Shown one piece after another: positions 29,494-40,219 of a stretch of 64,000 nucleotides of DNA. Both the position numbers and the translations under genes were made by a program. The notes under the pieces were generated by a model. It searched no databases, had not been told where the DNA came from, and saw only the letters and a list, made by a program, of their open reading frames with translations. Within the stretch, counting starts at the first letter, position 1. Every line of letters starts with the position of its first letter. Source of the DNA: Alphaproteobacteria bacterium MarineAlpha5_Bin12 (lineage in GTDB: Bacteria; Pseudomonadota; Alphaproteobacteria; HIMB59; GCA-002718135); NCBI GenBank assembly GCA_002937855.1, contig PTKS01000001.1:7079-71078 (forward strand), given 5' to 3'.

Positions 29494-30342
29494 ATGAATA
29501 TATTCAAAACAAAATCTTTCTATAAATTTAGCAGAAATCCTTTATCAGTATTTGGTTTAATTATAGTTGTTACGGTATTATTATTAGCTATATTTGCACC
29601 CTTTATTACACCATTCCCAGAACATGTTGGGCCATTTACTGATTTTGCAAATAAATCTAAACCACCGGACTCTACTTATATTTTTGGTACTGACAAAATT
29701 GGAAGAGACATATTTACTCGATGCATTTATGGCTATCGTATTTCTTTAATATTAGGTGTTGTTGTTTTATCAATTGCAGTGCCTATTGGAGTTACAATGG
29801 GTTTATGTGCTGGATATATTGGAAAAAAAACTGAATTGGTTTTAATGAGAATAACAGATATTTTTTTAGCAATACCAGCTTTAGTTTTAGCTTTATCTAT
29901 TATTGGTTTATTAGATAGACCAAATTTACTGTATACTATGATTGCAGTTTCGATGGCATGGTGGCCATGGTATACGAGACTAATTTATAATATAACAAGA
30001 TCAATCAAAACTGAAGGTTACATTGCGGCAGCTGAAGTAATGGGGGCTTCAAAATTTCACATAATGTTTAAGGAAATATTGCCTAATTGCCTTCCATCCT
30101 TACTAACAAAAATTACTCTAGATCTTGGTTTTGTGATATTGGTGGGCTCATCTTTGAGCTTTTTGGGTTTAGGTGCGCAGCCACCAACTCCAGATCTTGG
30201 GACAATGGTTGCTAAAGGGGCTTCTCTTCTTCCAGATACCTGGTGGTTTTCACTTTTTCCAGGTTTTGCAATACTAATTGTTGTGTTAGGTTTTAATTTA
30301 GTAGGAGACGGTTTGAAAGATATGTTTGATGTTGATGTCTAA
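29494..30342 (+). CDS. Peptide ABC transporter permease (DppC-like)
   Basis: FGTDKIGRDIF, SLSFLGLGAQPPTPDLG, GDGL. Confidence 0.92.
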   Translation: MNIFKTKSFYKFSRNPLSVFGLIIVVTVLLLAIFAPFITPFPEHVGPFTDFANKSKPPDSTYIFGTDKIGRDIFTRCIYGYRISLILGVVVLSIAVPIGVTMGLCAGYIGKKTELVLMRITDIFLAIPALVLALSIIGLLDRPNLLYTMIAVSMAWWPWYTRLIYNITRSIKTEGYIAAAEVMGASKFHIMFKEILPNCLPSLLTKITLDLGFVILVGSSLSFLGLGAQPPTPDLGTMVAKGASLLPDTWWFSLFPGFAILIVVLGFNLVGDGLKDMFDVDV

Positions 30343-31201
30343 TAAACTTTTAAAAATTCAAGATTTAGAATTATCATTTAAAATGTATGAAGGAATTTCA
30401 TATGTTCTAAAAAAAATAAATTTAGAATTGTCTAGAGGAGAAAAAGTTGCATTAGTAGGAGAATCTGGTTCAGGCAAATCAGTCACTACTAAACTTATAT
30501 TAGGGTTATTAAATCAAAAAAATGTTACAAAAAAAGGAAAAATAATTTTTAACAATAAAGATATTTTAAACCTCTCTCAAAATGAATTTAAAAAGATTAG
30601 AGGAAATAATATTTCTATAATATTTCAGGATCCTATTGCAGCCCTAAATCCAGTTTTTAAAGTTAAAGATCAATTTTATGAAGTAAATTTAAATGGGGGA
30701 AATATCTCAAAAAAAGATTCCTTTTTAAAAGCATGTGAGGCTCTGGAAAAAGTATCTATAAGAGATCCAGAAAGAGTATTAGAGTCTTATCCTTTTCAGC
30801 TCAGTGGAGGTCTCGCTCAAAGAGTAGTTATTACAATGGCTATGATTAATAAACCTGAATTACTTTTAGCAGATGAACCTAGCACTGCACTAGATGTTAC
30901 TATACAAAATCAGGCTTTAGATTTGATGAATGAATTAACCAAAGAAACGAATACGGCAGTATTACTTATAACTCATAACATGGGTGTTGTAAGAAAATTT
31001 GCTGAAAAAGTTTATGTAATTTATAGAGGTGTTATTGTTGAGGAGGGTACAAAAAATCAACTTTTTAACAATCCTGGCCATCCTTATACGAAAGCACTAT
31101 TAGAATCAATCCCTAAACTTAGTGGTGATGGACTACCTTTGCATAACGAAAATCCTCCTGACTATGCTTCAATAGAAAAATACACTCACAAAAATGATTA
31201 A
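30335..31201 (+). CDS. Peptide ABC transporter ATPase (DppD-like)
   Basis: GESGSGKS, YPFQLSGG, ADEP, HPYT. Confidence 0.92.
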   Translation: MSNKLLKIQDLELSFKMYEGISYVLKKINLELSRGEKVALVGESGSGKSVTTKLILGLLNQKNVTKKGKIIFNNKDILNLSQNEFKKIRGNNISIIFQDPIAALNPVFKVKDQFYEVNLNGGNISKKDSFLKACEALEKVSIRDPERVLESYPFQLSGGLAQRVVITMAMINKPELLLADEPSTALDVTIQNQALDLMNELTKETNTAVLLITHNMGVVRKFAEKVYVIYRGVIVEEGTKNQLFNNPGHPYTKALLESIPKLSGDGLPLHNENPPDYASIEKYTHKND

Positions 31202-31970
31202 AATTAAAAACATTTCAAAAAAATTTTTTATAAAAAATAATGAAGTTCAGGCACTAAATAAAATAAATTTATTAATAGAAGAAAAAGATTGTTTTGCGGT
31301 AGTTGGTGAATCTGGCTCAGGAAAAACTACTTTAGCAAATATAATTTTAGGAATTTATCAACAAGACGAAGGTGATATTTCATTTTTTGAAAAACAATTA
31401 TTTAAAAAAAGAAATTTAGAAGAAAGAAAATTAATTCAATATGTTCAACAAAATCCTATGTCTACCCTAAATCCAAAAAAAACAATATTTAGTACAATTT
31501 CATTACCTTTAAAAATTCATAAAATAGTTAAAAAAGATGAAATTGAAGAAAGAGTTAAAAAATTGTTATCCTATGTGGGGTTAAATCCAGAATTTATGGT
31601 TAGATATCCTGATACTTTGTCAGGAGGACAAAAACAAAGAGTAGCAATTGCAAGAGCATTAGCTGCCGAGCCAAAAGTTTTAATATTAGATGAGCCAACA
31701 TCAGCACTTGATGTAATAGTTCAATCAAAAGTCTTAAACCTTCTTTTAAAGATTAAAAAAGAATTTGATTTAACATATATATTTATCACTCATGACTTAA
31801 GTGTCGTAAGAAACATAGCCAATAAAGTTGTTGTTATGAATAAAGGAGAAATAGAAGAATCAGGAGAAACTAAAGAAGTTTTTCTTCATCCTAAAAGTCA
31901 GTATACAAGAGATCTAATAAAAGCTATACCAACTGTCACAGATAAAGAAGATGCGGTCAAACCAAAATAA
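31194..31970 (+). CDS. Peptide ABC transporter ATPase (DppF-like)
   Basis: GESGSGKT, LSGGQKQR, DEPTSALD, ITHDL. Confidence 0.92.
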   Translation: MIKIKNISKKFFIKNNEVQALNKINLLIEEKDCFAVVGESGSGKTTLANIILGIYQQDEGDISFFEKQLFKKRNLEERKLIQYVQQNPMSTLNPKKTIFSTISLPLKIHKIVKKDEIEERVKKLLSYVGLNPEFMVRYPDTLSGGQKQRVAIARALAAEPKVLILDEPTSALDVIVQSKVLNLLLKIKKEFDLTYIFITHDLSVVRNIANKVVVMNKGEIEESGETKEVFLHPKSQYTRDLIKAIPTVTDKEDAVKPK

Positions 31971-32460
31971 TAAAATTTTACTTAATTTAATAAATATTAC
32001 AAGATATGGCAGTTCTGAGTATTTTTATAAGAAATTAGACCATGCAATTAAAAAGATTATAGGACACAAACTATTTACTTTAATGGTTAATGACAAAAAA
32101 GTAAAATATGTTGAAAGAGTCTATTCTAACAATAGAAAAATCTATCCATTATTAGGAACGAAACCAATACCAAAAAATAATTGGACAAAAAGAGTCTATA
32201 GTCAAAAAAAAGAATTTTTAGCTAAAGATTTTAATGAAATAAAAAAACTTTTTTTTGATTACGAAATAATTGAATCCTTAGGATGTGGTTCAATAATTAA
32301 TGTGCCAGTTATTTATAATAAAAAGATCTTAGGTACGTTAAATATTTTACATAAAGAAAAATTTTATAACAAAAGTAGCATAAAAAAAATTCTTCCCTAC
32401 ACCCAGCTTTTAGCTCCGTATTATTTAGCTCATCAACAAAAAATGAAAAAAAAGAAATAA
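31951..32460 (+). CDS. Stand-alone GAF-domain protein
   Basis: GHKLFT..ERVYS..YP..GTKP..FFDYEIIESLGCGSIINVPV..GTLNILH pattern of small GAF proteins. Confidence 0.75.
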   Translation: MRSNQNNKILLNLINITRYGSSEYFYKKLDHAIKKIIGHKLFTLMVNDKKVKYVERVYSNNRKIYPLLGTKPIPKNNWTKRVYSQKKEFLAKDFNEIKKLFFDYEIIESLGCGSIINVPVIYNKKILGTLNILHKEKFYNKSSIKKILPYTQLLAPYYLAHQQKMKKKK

Positions 32461-32468
32461 TTTTTTTA

Positions 32469-33566
32469 CTATAATAATTTTAATTCTTTTGGAAAACTTG
32501 TCAAAACCTCATTACCATCTTTAGTAATCAAAACATCATCTTCTATCCTAATTCCTAAACTATCTTTTTTGTACAATCCTGGTTCAATTGTAATTACCAT
32601 ACCCGCTTCTAATAAATCATAATTTTTTCTCATAACATATGGATCTTCATGAACATCAAGACCTAATCCATGACCAGTTTTATGTACTATTAAATCCTCA
32701 TAGCCTGATCCTGCAAGAGAATTCAAAACATTATCATCTACTTCATGTAGACTAATTCCTGGTTTAGAACTATTGATGCCTTCTAAGTTAGCCTTTAAAA
32801 CTGCTTCATATATTTTCTTAAATTCATCAGAAGCCGAACCTATAAAAAATGTTCTTGTCATATCTGAATTATAACCTCTAACAGTTGCTCCAAAATCAAA
32901 AAGTAAGCAATCACCTTCTTTAACCTTATAATCATTACGTGAATGTCCATGAGGCAGTCCTGAATTGTCTGATGCAAGCACAATCGGGTCAAATGCGATA
33001 TCCTCAGCACCAAAATTATATAATTGCTGAATTAAATAATTTTTAATTTCTATTTCAGTTTTGCCCACTTCAACAAACTCAAGAGTTTTGTTTAATGAAT
33101 TTTCAGAAATTTCGATTGCCTTTCTTAAAGAATCTATTTCGTCAGTACTTTTTAATAACCTGATACCACTTATTTCTTTTTGTGCATTTATAATTTCAAT
33201 ACCTTGGGATGCTTTATGAATTGCTTGCATTTCAAATACTCTCATCCTTTGACCTTCAACTCCTATTTTTGAAACTGGACCAATTTTTTTTAATGCTTTA
33301 TCAAACGCAGATTGATATCCATCAGAGTCTTGCCATTCAAAAACATCTGCATCTATATCTAGTTTAGCGAAACTATCTAACTCCAAAACAGGCATTATAC
33401 CAATAGGTTTTGTTGTTTTTGAGAATATTAAGATTGTAGGTCTTTCCATTAAATGAAAATTACCGCCTGTAATATATAAAAAATTAGAACCAGGAACTAT
33501 TGCAATTGCATCTAAACCTTGTTTATCTAAAATCGATTGAATTTTTTCAACTTTTTCTTTACTCAT
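32469..33566 (-). CDS. Xaa-Pro peptidase (M24B, prolidase/aminopeptidase-P-like)
   Basis: Creatinase-N-like domain plus metal-ligand motifs DFG, SDMTRT, HKTGHGLG, TIEPG, RIED. Confidence 0.92.
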   Translation of the reverse strand: MSKEKVEKIQSILDKQGLDAIAIVPGSNFLYITGGNFHLMERPTILIFSKTTKPIGIMPVLELDSFAKLDIDADVFEWQDSDGYQSAFDKALKKIGPVSKIGVEGQRMRVFEMQAIHKASQGIEIINAQKEISGIRLLKSTDEIDSLRKAIEISENSLNKTLEFVEVGKTEIEIKNYLIQQLYNFGAEDIAFDPIVLASDNSGLPHGHSRNDYKVKEGDCLLFDFGATVRGYNSDMTRTFFIGSASDEFKKIYEAVLKANLEGINSSKPGISLHEVDDNVLNSLAGSGYEDLIVHKTGHGLGLDVHEDPYVMRKNYDLLEAGMVITIEPGLYKKDSLGIRIEDDVLITKDGNEVLTSFPKELKLL

Positions 33567-33675
33567 TTTAATCTAATAACCATTGATATTGAATTTAAGA
33601 TATATTATCTTTTTTCTATAAATTAACAACAAAAATATTCAATAAGAATATTGTAAATATGGAAGTGACAATTTT

Positions 33676-34440
33676 ATGAATAAAAATTTTTCACTTAACA
33701 AAAAAGTTGCTCTTATTACAGGTTCTAGTTCAGGAATTGGTGCGGAAATTGCAAAAGAATTTTCCAAAGCTGGAGCAAAAGTTTATTTAATTGCTCGTAA
33801 CGAAAAAAAATTAAAAGCACTTACCATTAAATTAAATAAGAAATATAATACTAATAATAGATTTATAGTTTGTGATATTAATAATTATGAAGAATTTAAA
33901 AGAAAAATACTTAAAATCAAAAATATTGATATTTATGTTAACAATGCTGGTATGAATATACCTAAACATTTTTTTAATATAAAAATTAGTGAATTAGATG
34001 AAATTATTAATTTAAATATGAAATCAATGTTTGTAACTACACAAATTATAGTTAGAAAAATGATTAAAATGAAAAATTATAAGAAAAAAAATTTGAATAT
34101 TATTAATATATCTTCAACCCTGGGTCATGTGGGCTCACTAAATAGAACAGCGTACAGTATGACTAAGTTTGGTGTGGAAGGTTTTACCAAATCTCTAGCA
34201 GTTGACCTTGCAAATTATAATATTAGAGTGAATGCAATTGCTCCAACTGCAATTTTAACACCTATGCTAAAAAAATATTTAACTAAAGATTTTCGAAAAA
34301 AAACCGTTTCTAATATTTTAATGAAAAGAATAGGTTCGGTAGACGATGTAGCTTCTACTGCAGTTTTTTTAGCTTCAAATGCAGCTAAATTTATTACTGG
34401 TACATCAATATTGGTTGATGGAGGATGGACAGCAAAATAA
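33676..34440 (+). CDS. Short-chain dehydrogenase/reductase
   Basis: TGSSSGIG, NNAG, YSMTK, VDGGW. Confidence 0.92.
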   Translation: MNKNFSLNKKVALITGSSSGIGAEIAKEFSKAGAKVYLIARNEKKLKALTIKLNKKYNTNNRFIVCDINNYEEFKRKILKIKNIDIYVNNAGMNIPKHFFNIKISELDEIINLNMKSMFVTTQIIVRKMIKMKNYKKKNLNIINISSTLGHVGSLNRTAYSMTKFGVEGFTKSLAVDLANYNIRVNAIAPTAILTPMLKKYLTKDFRKKTVSNILMKRIGSVDDVASTAVFLASNAAKFITGTSILVDGGWTAK

Positions 34441-34475
34441 TATCAAAAATTATTGTCCAAGAATATTAAAAACCC

Positions 34476-36194
34476 CTATTTGCCTTTTCTTATCTTTTTT
34501 GTTTTTATATAATCAACCTTTAAATTTTTAGTAATTATAACACCATATTCTTTTTTTGCTTGTGGTATTGATACATAGTTATTTTTGACATCCTCCAAAA
34601 CATTTTCAGGATTTCTATTAAAGGGGTTGCCAAAACCTCCTCCTCCTCCTGTAAATGTTGTTACTTTTGTTCCAGCTGGAATTGGATAGGAATTAGATTT
34701 CAATCGTTTCTCATTTTTACCATTTGGAAATTTTAAATTGACTTTTGGACCTATCGCATCTTTCCCTCCAAATAACCCCCAACCTGTTGTTTTTGATCTT
34801 TCAAACCAAAGAGATAAATTTAGATCTGTATTAACTGTATATTCTTTATATAAACCATTTCCTCCTCTCATTTTTCCAGGTCCTCCAGTATCTTTTCTAA
34901 TTCCGTAATTTCTGATTGTTACTGGATATTTATTTTCATATATTTCTATTGGTATATCTTTAAAAGCGCCATTTACATTATTTATAAGAGCATCAGCTCC
35001 ATCTCCATCACCCCAAGCACCCCACCCACCTGGAGTTGGCTCAACTGCAATAAATGGTGAGTTATTTCTATAGTCAACTCCATGTAAAATAAATACCATT
35101 GAGTCACCATAATGACCTGCGGCAGATTGATTTTTCATTACAGGAGATAATGCTTTAATAAATGCATCTATTAAAAGTCCTAATATAGAAAAATACCATT
35201 GACAAGCAGCTGGTTCTTTAGCTGAGAAAATTGATCCTTCTGGAGCCTTTACTTCAAGTGTTTTAAAAGTACCCCCATCTACAGGTCTTTTTGGATTTAT
35301 TAGATTTTTAAAAGCAACCCTGCACGCTGATACAGTTTGTGCAAATCCACAATTGACAGGACCAGTTTTTTGTTCTGATGATCCTTTTAAATCAATTGTT
35401 ATTTTCTCTCCCTTAACACTCACAGTCATCTTAATTTTAATTGGATCTTTAGTAATTCCATCATTATCTAAATAACCCTCAGCTCTATATATACCGTTCT
35501 TTAGTTTTTTTACTGTCTGTCTTTCTATTATTTCTGATTGCTTGAAAATTTCTTCTCTAGCACTTTTAATCATATCTAATCCAAATCTATCAATTAATGA
35601 TAAAAATCTTTTTTCACCCAATTTACCTGCAGCAATTTGGGCATTCAAATCTCCTTCAAGAGTATATCCAAACCTTCCATTCATTTTTAAAAATTCAATA
35701 ATATCTTTTCTTGGCTTATAATTTTCATGTATTTTAGTTGGTGCCCATCTAAAACCCTCTTGATAAATGTTAATAGAATCCATTGGGCCACCTGGATCTT
35801 TCCCACCAATATCTAGCCAATGGGCTCTGCTTGCTGAAAATCCAACTAAAGTTTTTTTATAAAAAATTGGAGCATATATAGTTGCGTCATTTAAATGAGT
35901 TCCAGTAAAATAAGAATCATTCACAAAAAAAATATCTCCTTCTTTAAAAATATCCCATCCAAACATTCTTGCCGTTTCTTTAATACAAACTTCTAAATTA
36001 CCAAGAAATAGTGGTAATCCTGAAGATTGACCAAGCACATTCCCATTTTCATCAAGCAATGCTACAACACAATCTTTTCCTTCATAAATAACTGGTGCAT
36101 ACGCACTTCTAATTAAACCAGCATTCATATCTTCAGCAATTGCAATAAAAGCATTTCTGATAATTTCAGTACTTATTGGATCTGTTTTTTTCAT
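34476..36194 (-). CDS. Hydantoinase B/oxoprolinase family subunit (B4)
   Basis: DPIS, NDSYFTGTHLND, AHWLDIGG, IYQEG, GGGGGFG. Confidence 0.92.
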   Translation of the reverse strand: MKKTDPISTEIIRNAFIAIAEDMNAGLIRSAYAPVIYEGKDCVVALLDENGNVLGQSSGLPLFLGNLEVCIKETARMFGWDIFKEGDIFFVNDSYFTGTHLNDATIYAPIFYKKTLVGFSASRAHWLDIGGKDPGGPMDSINIYQEGFRWAPTKIHENYKPRKDIIEFLKMNGRFGYTLEGDLNAQIAAGKLGEKRFLSLIDRFGLDMIKSAREEIFKQSEIIERQTVKKLKNGIYRAEGYLDNDGITKDPIKIKMTVSVKGEKITIDLKGSSEQKTGPVNCGFAQTVSACRVAFKNLINPKRPVDGGTFKTLEVKAPEGSIFSAKEPAACQWYFSILGLLIDAFIKALSPVMKNQSAAGHYGDSMVFILHGVDYRNNSPFIAVEPTPGGWGAWGDGDGADALINNVNGAFKDIPIEIYENKYPVTIRNYGIRKDTGGPGKMRGGNGLYKEYTVNTDLNLSLWFERSKTTGWGLFGGKDAIGPKVNLKFPNGKNEKRLKSNSYPIPAGTKVTTFTGGGGGFGNPFNRNPENVLEDVKNNYVSIPQAKKEYGVIITKNLKVDYIKTKKIRKGK

Positions 36195-38215
36195 TTAATT
36201 TTTTTTATTATTAAATTTCCCATTTTATCAAGCACTAATGAATAATTAGGAGGGACAACAGTTGTTGCGCTCTCTTCCTCGATCACTAATGGGCCTTTAT
36301 AAATATCATGTTTTTTAATTAAACTTCTATTAATTATTTGAGTTTTAAATTTTTTGCCATTAAAAATTATTTCTCTATTTTGTTTTGATGTTTTATTTAT
36401 AATATTCTCTTTCTTCATTTTAGAATAATCAATAGGTTTTTCTACTTTGCCAATAGCAATTAATCTTAAGTTAATTATTTCAACAGGAGCATCTGGGGTT
36501 GAGTGTCCATATTTTTGCTTATAGGTTTTATGAAAATTATTATTTATTTTATTTAAATCTATTTTATTGTCTATGGATATATTTACATAATATTCTTGAC
36601 CTATGTACCTCATATCTGCCGTTTGATAAAAAGTCATTTGTTTTTCTTTAACTCCTTCACTTATAAGTAACTTTGAAGCTTCGTGAACTAATTGATCATA
36701 CTCTTTCTGTAATTCTTTTTTCTTAACTTCAGATAAAATAGTAAAAAAATTTTTATTTAAATCTCTTCTAATATCTGTTTGTAACATTCCCCAGGCTGAA
36801 AAAGTCCCAGGATTAGGAGGTACAACAATTTCTTTAATCTCTAATTCTTCAGCAATCCAAACAGCATGCATTGATCCTGCTCCGCCAAAAGCAACGAGAG
36901 AGAAATCTCTTGGATCTATCCCATGCTTTACTGTAATAGTTCTAATTGCATCGGCCATTTTAGCATTAATAATTGATAAAATACCTTCTGCTAATTGGGT
37001 GTTTGTCATATTCAATTTTTTTGACATTTGTTTTAAAACTTTTTTTGACTCTTGTATTTGAAGACCCATCCATCCACCTAATTTTGAATCAGGTCCAATA
37101 CGACCTAAATATAAGTTAGCATCTGTCACGGTCGGGTTTGAACCTCCTTTTCCATAACAAGCTGGGCCAGGTTCGGCTCCAGCGCTTTGTGGACCAACTC
37201 TCAACGCACCAGCTTCAAGCCAAGCAATTGAACCTCCACCAGCCCCTATGGTATGGATGTCAACGAAAGGTATCAATAATGGCAAAGACTCCTGCTCCGT
37301 CTCATTAGTAATATTTGGCTTTCCATCTATAATTAAACTCATATCAAATGATGTGCCCCCCATATCAACACATATTAAATTAGGCTTATTTGTTATTTTT
37401 GATAAAGCAGCACCTCCTATTGTACCGCCAACCGGACCAGACAATAGTGTTTGTACTGGATTTTTTATTGCTGTTTTAGCTCTAATTATCCCCCCATTTG
37501 ATTGCATTATGTAAAGAGGTTTTTTATATTTATTTTTCAAAAGTTCTTTTTCTAAATGAGCAAGATAATTATTTACTACAGGGCCAACATAAGCATTCAT
37601 AACAGCAGTTGATGATCTTTCATATTCTCTCCATTCTCTAGCAACCTCATGTGAAAGAGAAATAACAACTTTGTCACCTATTCTTTTTTTTAATATTTTT
37701 TTTGCTAATACTTCATGTTTTGGATTTATATATGAATGTAAAAAACAAACTGCTACAGCAGTAATATTTTCTTTGTTTATTTTTTTGATTATTGGATCGA
37801 AATCTTTCTGATTTATTGTATTAATTATTTTTCCTTCCCAAGATATTCTTTCTTTTACTTCATGCACGTCAATTTTATTTGCTAATTGTTTTGGTTTTTT
37901 ATATTGAACTTCATAAAGGGTTTTTCTATCACCTCTTGCGATTGTATAAGTATCACTAACTCCAGCTGTCATTATTAATAGAACTCTAGCACCTTTTCTT
38001 TCTAAAAAGGCATTTAGACCTACGGTAGTCCCATGAACAAGAAATTCAATATTTTTTAAATCTAATTTGAATTTATTTATTCCATTCATCACAGCTATAG
38101 CTGGATTTTTTGGAGTTGAAAGAACTTTTGATGTAAAAGTTTTTTTACTTTCATACTCTTGTATTACAAAATCAGTAAATGTTCCCCCTATATCAGCAGC
38201 TATTCTATATTTCAT
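36191..38215 (-). CDS. Hydantoinase A/oxoprolinase family ATP-binding subunit (A3)
   Basis: Start set at MKYRIAADIGGTFTD; HGTT, REYER, SGP, DMGGTSFD. Confidence 0.92.
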   Translation of the reverse strand: MKYRIAADIGGTFTDFVIQEYESKKTFTSKVLSTPKNPAIAVMNGINKFKLDLKNIEFLVHGTTVGLNAFLERKGARVLLIMTAGVSDTYTIARGDRKTLYEVQYKKPKQLANKIDVHEVKERISWEGKIINTINQKDFDPIIKKINKENITAVAVCFLHSYINPKHEVLAKKILKKRIGDKVVISLSHEVAREWREYERSSTAVMNAYVGPVVNNYLAHLEKELLKNKYKKPLYIMQSNGGIIRAKTAIKNPVQTLLSGPVGGTIGGAALSKITNKPNLICVDMGGTSFDMSLIIDGKPNITNETEQESLPLLIPFVDIHTIGAGGGSIAWLEAGALRVGPQSAGAEPGPACYGKGGSNPTVTDANLYLGRIGPDSKLGGWMGLQIQESKKVLKQMSKKLNMTNTQLAEGILSIINAKMADAIRTITVKHGIDPRDFSLVAFGGAGSMHAVWIAEELEIKEIVVPPNPGTFSAWGMLQTDIRRDLNKNFFTILSEVKKKELQKEYDQLVHEASKLLISEGVKEKQMTFYQTADMRYIGQEYYVNISIDNKIDLNKINNNFHKTYKQKYGHSTPDAPVEIINLRLIAIGKVEKPIDYSKMKKENIINKTSKQNREIIFNGKKFKTQIINRSLIKKHDIYKGPLVIEEESATTVVPPNYSLVLDKMGNLIIKKIK

Positions 38216-38220
38216 AAGAA

Positions 38221-39153
38221 TTATCTTTTTCTTCCTGCTGTTAATGCGACTGCCCCAAAAATAATCACACCTGTTGTCACATCCTTCCAAAAAGGATCAG
38301 CATTTAAAATATTAAATCCGTTATTTATTAATGCTAAAACCATAACTCCAGCAACTGACCTCCATACCGCACCTTCTCCCCCATATATACTAGTCCCTCC
38401 GAGTATAACTGCAGCTATAGCTTGTAATTCCATTCCTAGACCCGCTTGAGGCTGACCTAGTGATATTCTAGAAACTTGAATTGCCCCAGCTATTCCAGCT
38501 GCAAAACCAGTTAATGCAAAAGTATATATCGTTACTAAATTTGCCCTTATTCCAGCTAATTTTGATGCCTCTTCGTTCCCACCAACTGCAAAGACATTTC
38601 TTCCAAATGTAGTTCGATTAAGAATTATAGTCATAATAATTGTAAATATAATCAATATAAAGATGGTAAAATGAATTCCGTATATTTTTCCTCGGCCAAG
38701 CCATATAAACTCTGGCATTCTAACAGGAATTAAAAATCCACCTGTAATCAAAATTGCTATACCTCGATATATTAAACTTGTTGCTATTGTGGCTAAAAAA
38801 GAGTGTACTCCTAAAGAAGTGATCAAAACACCATTAGTATATCCTAAAATTATTCCTATAATTGGAGCTAAAGCAAGCCCTAACAATGGATCAATATTTA
38901 CTGCTATCCATGCTGCCGCGCAACTTGCTACTCCAAATATTGATGCTGTAGAAAGGTCAAATCCACCAGCTATAATACACAATGTTAGTGCTGCTGCAAT
39001 AATAGCTAAAGGTGCATTTTGATTTAAAATATTCAACAAATTACGGGGAGATAAAAAAGCATCACTGGAAAAAGTTAATATTATCATTAACAATACAATA
39101 AGAATTAATACTGCGTACTCTCTGATAAAATTAACTACATTGTATCTTGTCAT
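38221..39153 (-). CDS. Sugar-type (RbsC-like) ABC transporter permease
   Basis: GGFDLS, FGRNVFAVGGNEEASKLAGI, ELQAIAAVILGGTS. Confidence 0.92.
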   Translation of the reverse strand: MTRYNVVNFIREYAVLILIVLLMIILTFSSDAFLSPRNLLNILNQNAPLAIIAAALTLCIIAGGFDLSTASIFGVASCAAAWIAVNIDPLLGLALAPIIGIILGYTNGVLITSLGVHSFLATIATSLIYRGIAILITGGFLIPVRMPEFIWLGRGKIYGIHFTIFILIIFTIIMTIILNRTTFGRNVFAVGGNEEASKLAGIRANLVTIYTFALTGFAAGIAGAIQVSRISLGQPQAGLGMELQAIAAVILGGTSIYGGEGAVWRSVAGVMVLALINNGFNILNADPFWKDVTTGVIIFGAVALTAGRKR

Positions 39154-39180
39154 CTTATAAATAAATTTTTGGTTTAAAAA

Positions 39181-39209
39181 AACTGGGCTTAAAAAAATTA
39201 AGCCCAGTT
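39181..39209 (-). terminator. Stem-loop after sugar-type binding-protein gene
   Basis: AACTGGGCTT...AAGCCCAGTT inverted repeat followed by a T tract on the minus strand. Confidence 0.78.
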
Positions 39210-39223
39210 ATTAAAAGGATATT

Positions 39224-40219
39224 TTATCCTTTCCATTCTCCTTTAAAATCAGGAAATTTATCCAATACAGATTTATTAATTAAACCTGGAACAGGTCCTC
39301 TTTCATCCATATTGATTTCTGATTCGAAAGATTCACCTCGAAGTTTTTTTATAACAGCTTCAGTTCCATATAATCCTAGACTATAAGGAAAGTCACCTTT
39401 GGTATAATCCCATCTTCCTGATCTAACCATATCAAGACCAATAGCCGAAGCTCCACCTCCCATTAAAAAGAGATCTTCAACGACATATCCTGCGTCTTCA
39501 AGTGCAATATCAGCTCCGACCAAATGTTGATCAGCATTTGATAATATAACGTGAATTTTTGTACCCGCGTTTGCTTGAAGAGCATCCTGAACCCCTGTTA
39601 AAGATGTATCGGGATCATAATTACCCATTACTTCTGCTACTACTTTTATGTTGCTATGACCGCTTAAGATTTTATTGAATGTTTCTAATCTTAAGTTATC
39701 AAAAGGATATATTTTTTGTCCAATAATGATTATCACATTACATGGATCAATTCCTTTACAACCTTCATTTACAACAGCATCAGCTTGCCAAGTAGCTCCT
39801 TCAATAACGGGATGTATTACTGTAGCAGTAATACCTCCAATTTGATCTTTCATAGTAGTTAAATCTGGACCAATTGGAAACAACGTTGTAGACGTTGGAA
39901 TCCCTGCATCAATTGCTTCTTTTACAAAACTTGCTATTCCAACTGAATCATTTGGAAGAACAACAAATCCATCAAATTCTTGTGAAGCAATTGCATCTTC
40001 TATTTGTTGAGCTTGAACAACAGCGTTAAACTCACCATTAAACATTTTACTTGTAGCCCCCATTTCTTTTGCTTTTGCAGCAACACCTTCGTAAACAGCT
40101 TGATTAAAACCATTTTCACTTGAAGCCGCAAAAAAAGCTATATGCTCACCTTTAGCATATAAAGAATTAAAATTAAAAAGAGCACCAAATAAGATAAAAA
40201 TTGAAAATAAAATTTTCAT
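39224..40219 (-). CDS. Sugar-type (RbsB-like) ABC substrate-binding protein
   Basis: AGGAGG RBS before ATG 40219, signal peptide, QAQQIEDAI, AIDAGIP periplasmic-binding-protein pattern. Confidence 0.85.
   Translation of the reverse strand: MKILFSIFILFGALFNFNSLYAKGEHIAFFAASSENGFNQAVYEGVAAKAKEMGATSKMFNGEFNAVVQAQQIEDAIASQEFDGFVVLPNDSVGIASFVKEAIDAGIPTSTTLFPIGPDLTTMKDQIGGITATVIHPVIEGATWQADAVVNEGCKGIDPCNVIIIIGQKIYPFDNLRLETFNKILSGHSNIKVVAEVMGNYDPDTSLTGVQDALQANAGTKIHVILSNADQHLVGADIALEDAGYVVEDLFLMGGGASAIGLDMVRSGRWDYTKGDFPYSLGLYGTEAVIKKLRGESFESEINMDERGPVPGLINKSVLDKFPDFKGEWKG

Noticed and set aside
17310-38215. Repeated similarity among hydantoinase genes as a possible assembly duplication or repeat element
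   Set aside because: Copies are clearly diverged in protein sequence and each has an intact frame, so they are paralogs.
17310-38215. Acetone or acetophenone carboxylase interpretation
   Set aside because: No small gamma-type subunit gene is visible, and the peptidase, racemase, importer and putA context favours amide hydrolysis; not formally excluded.
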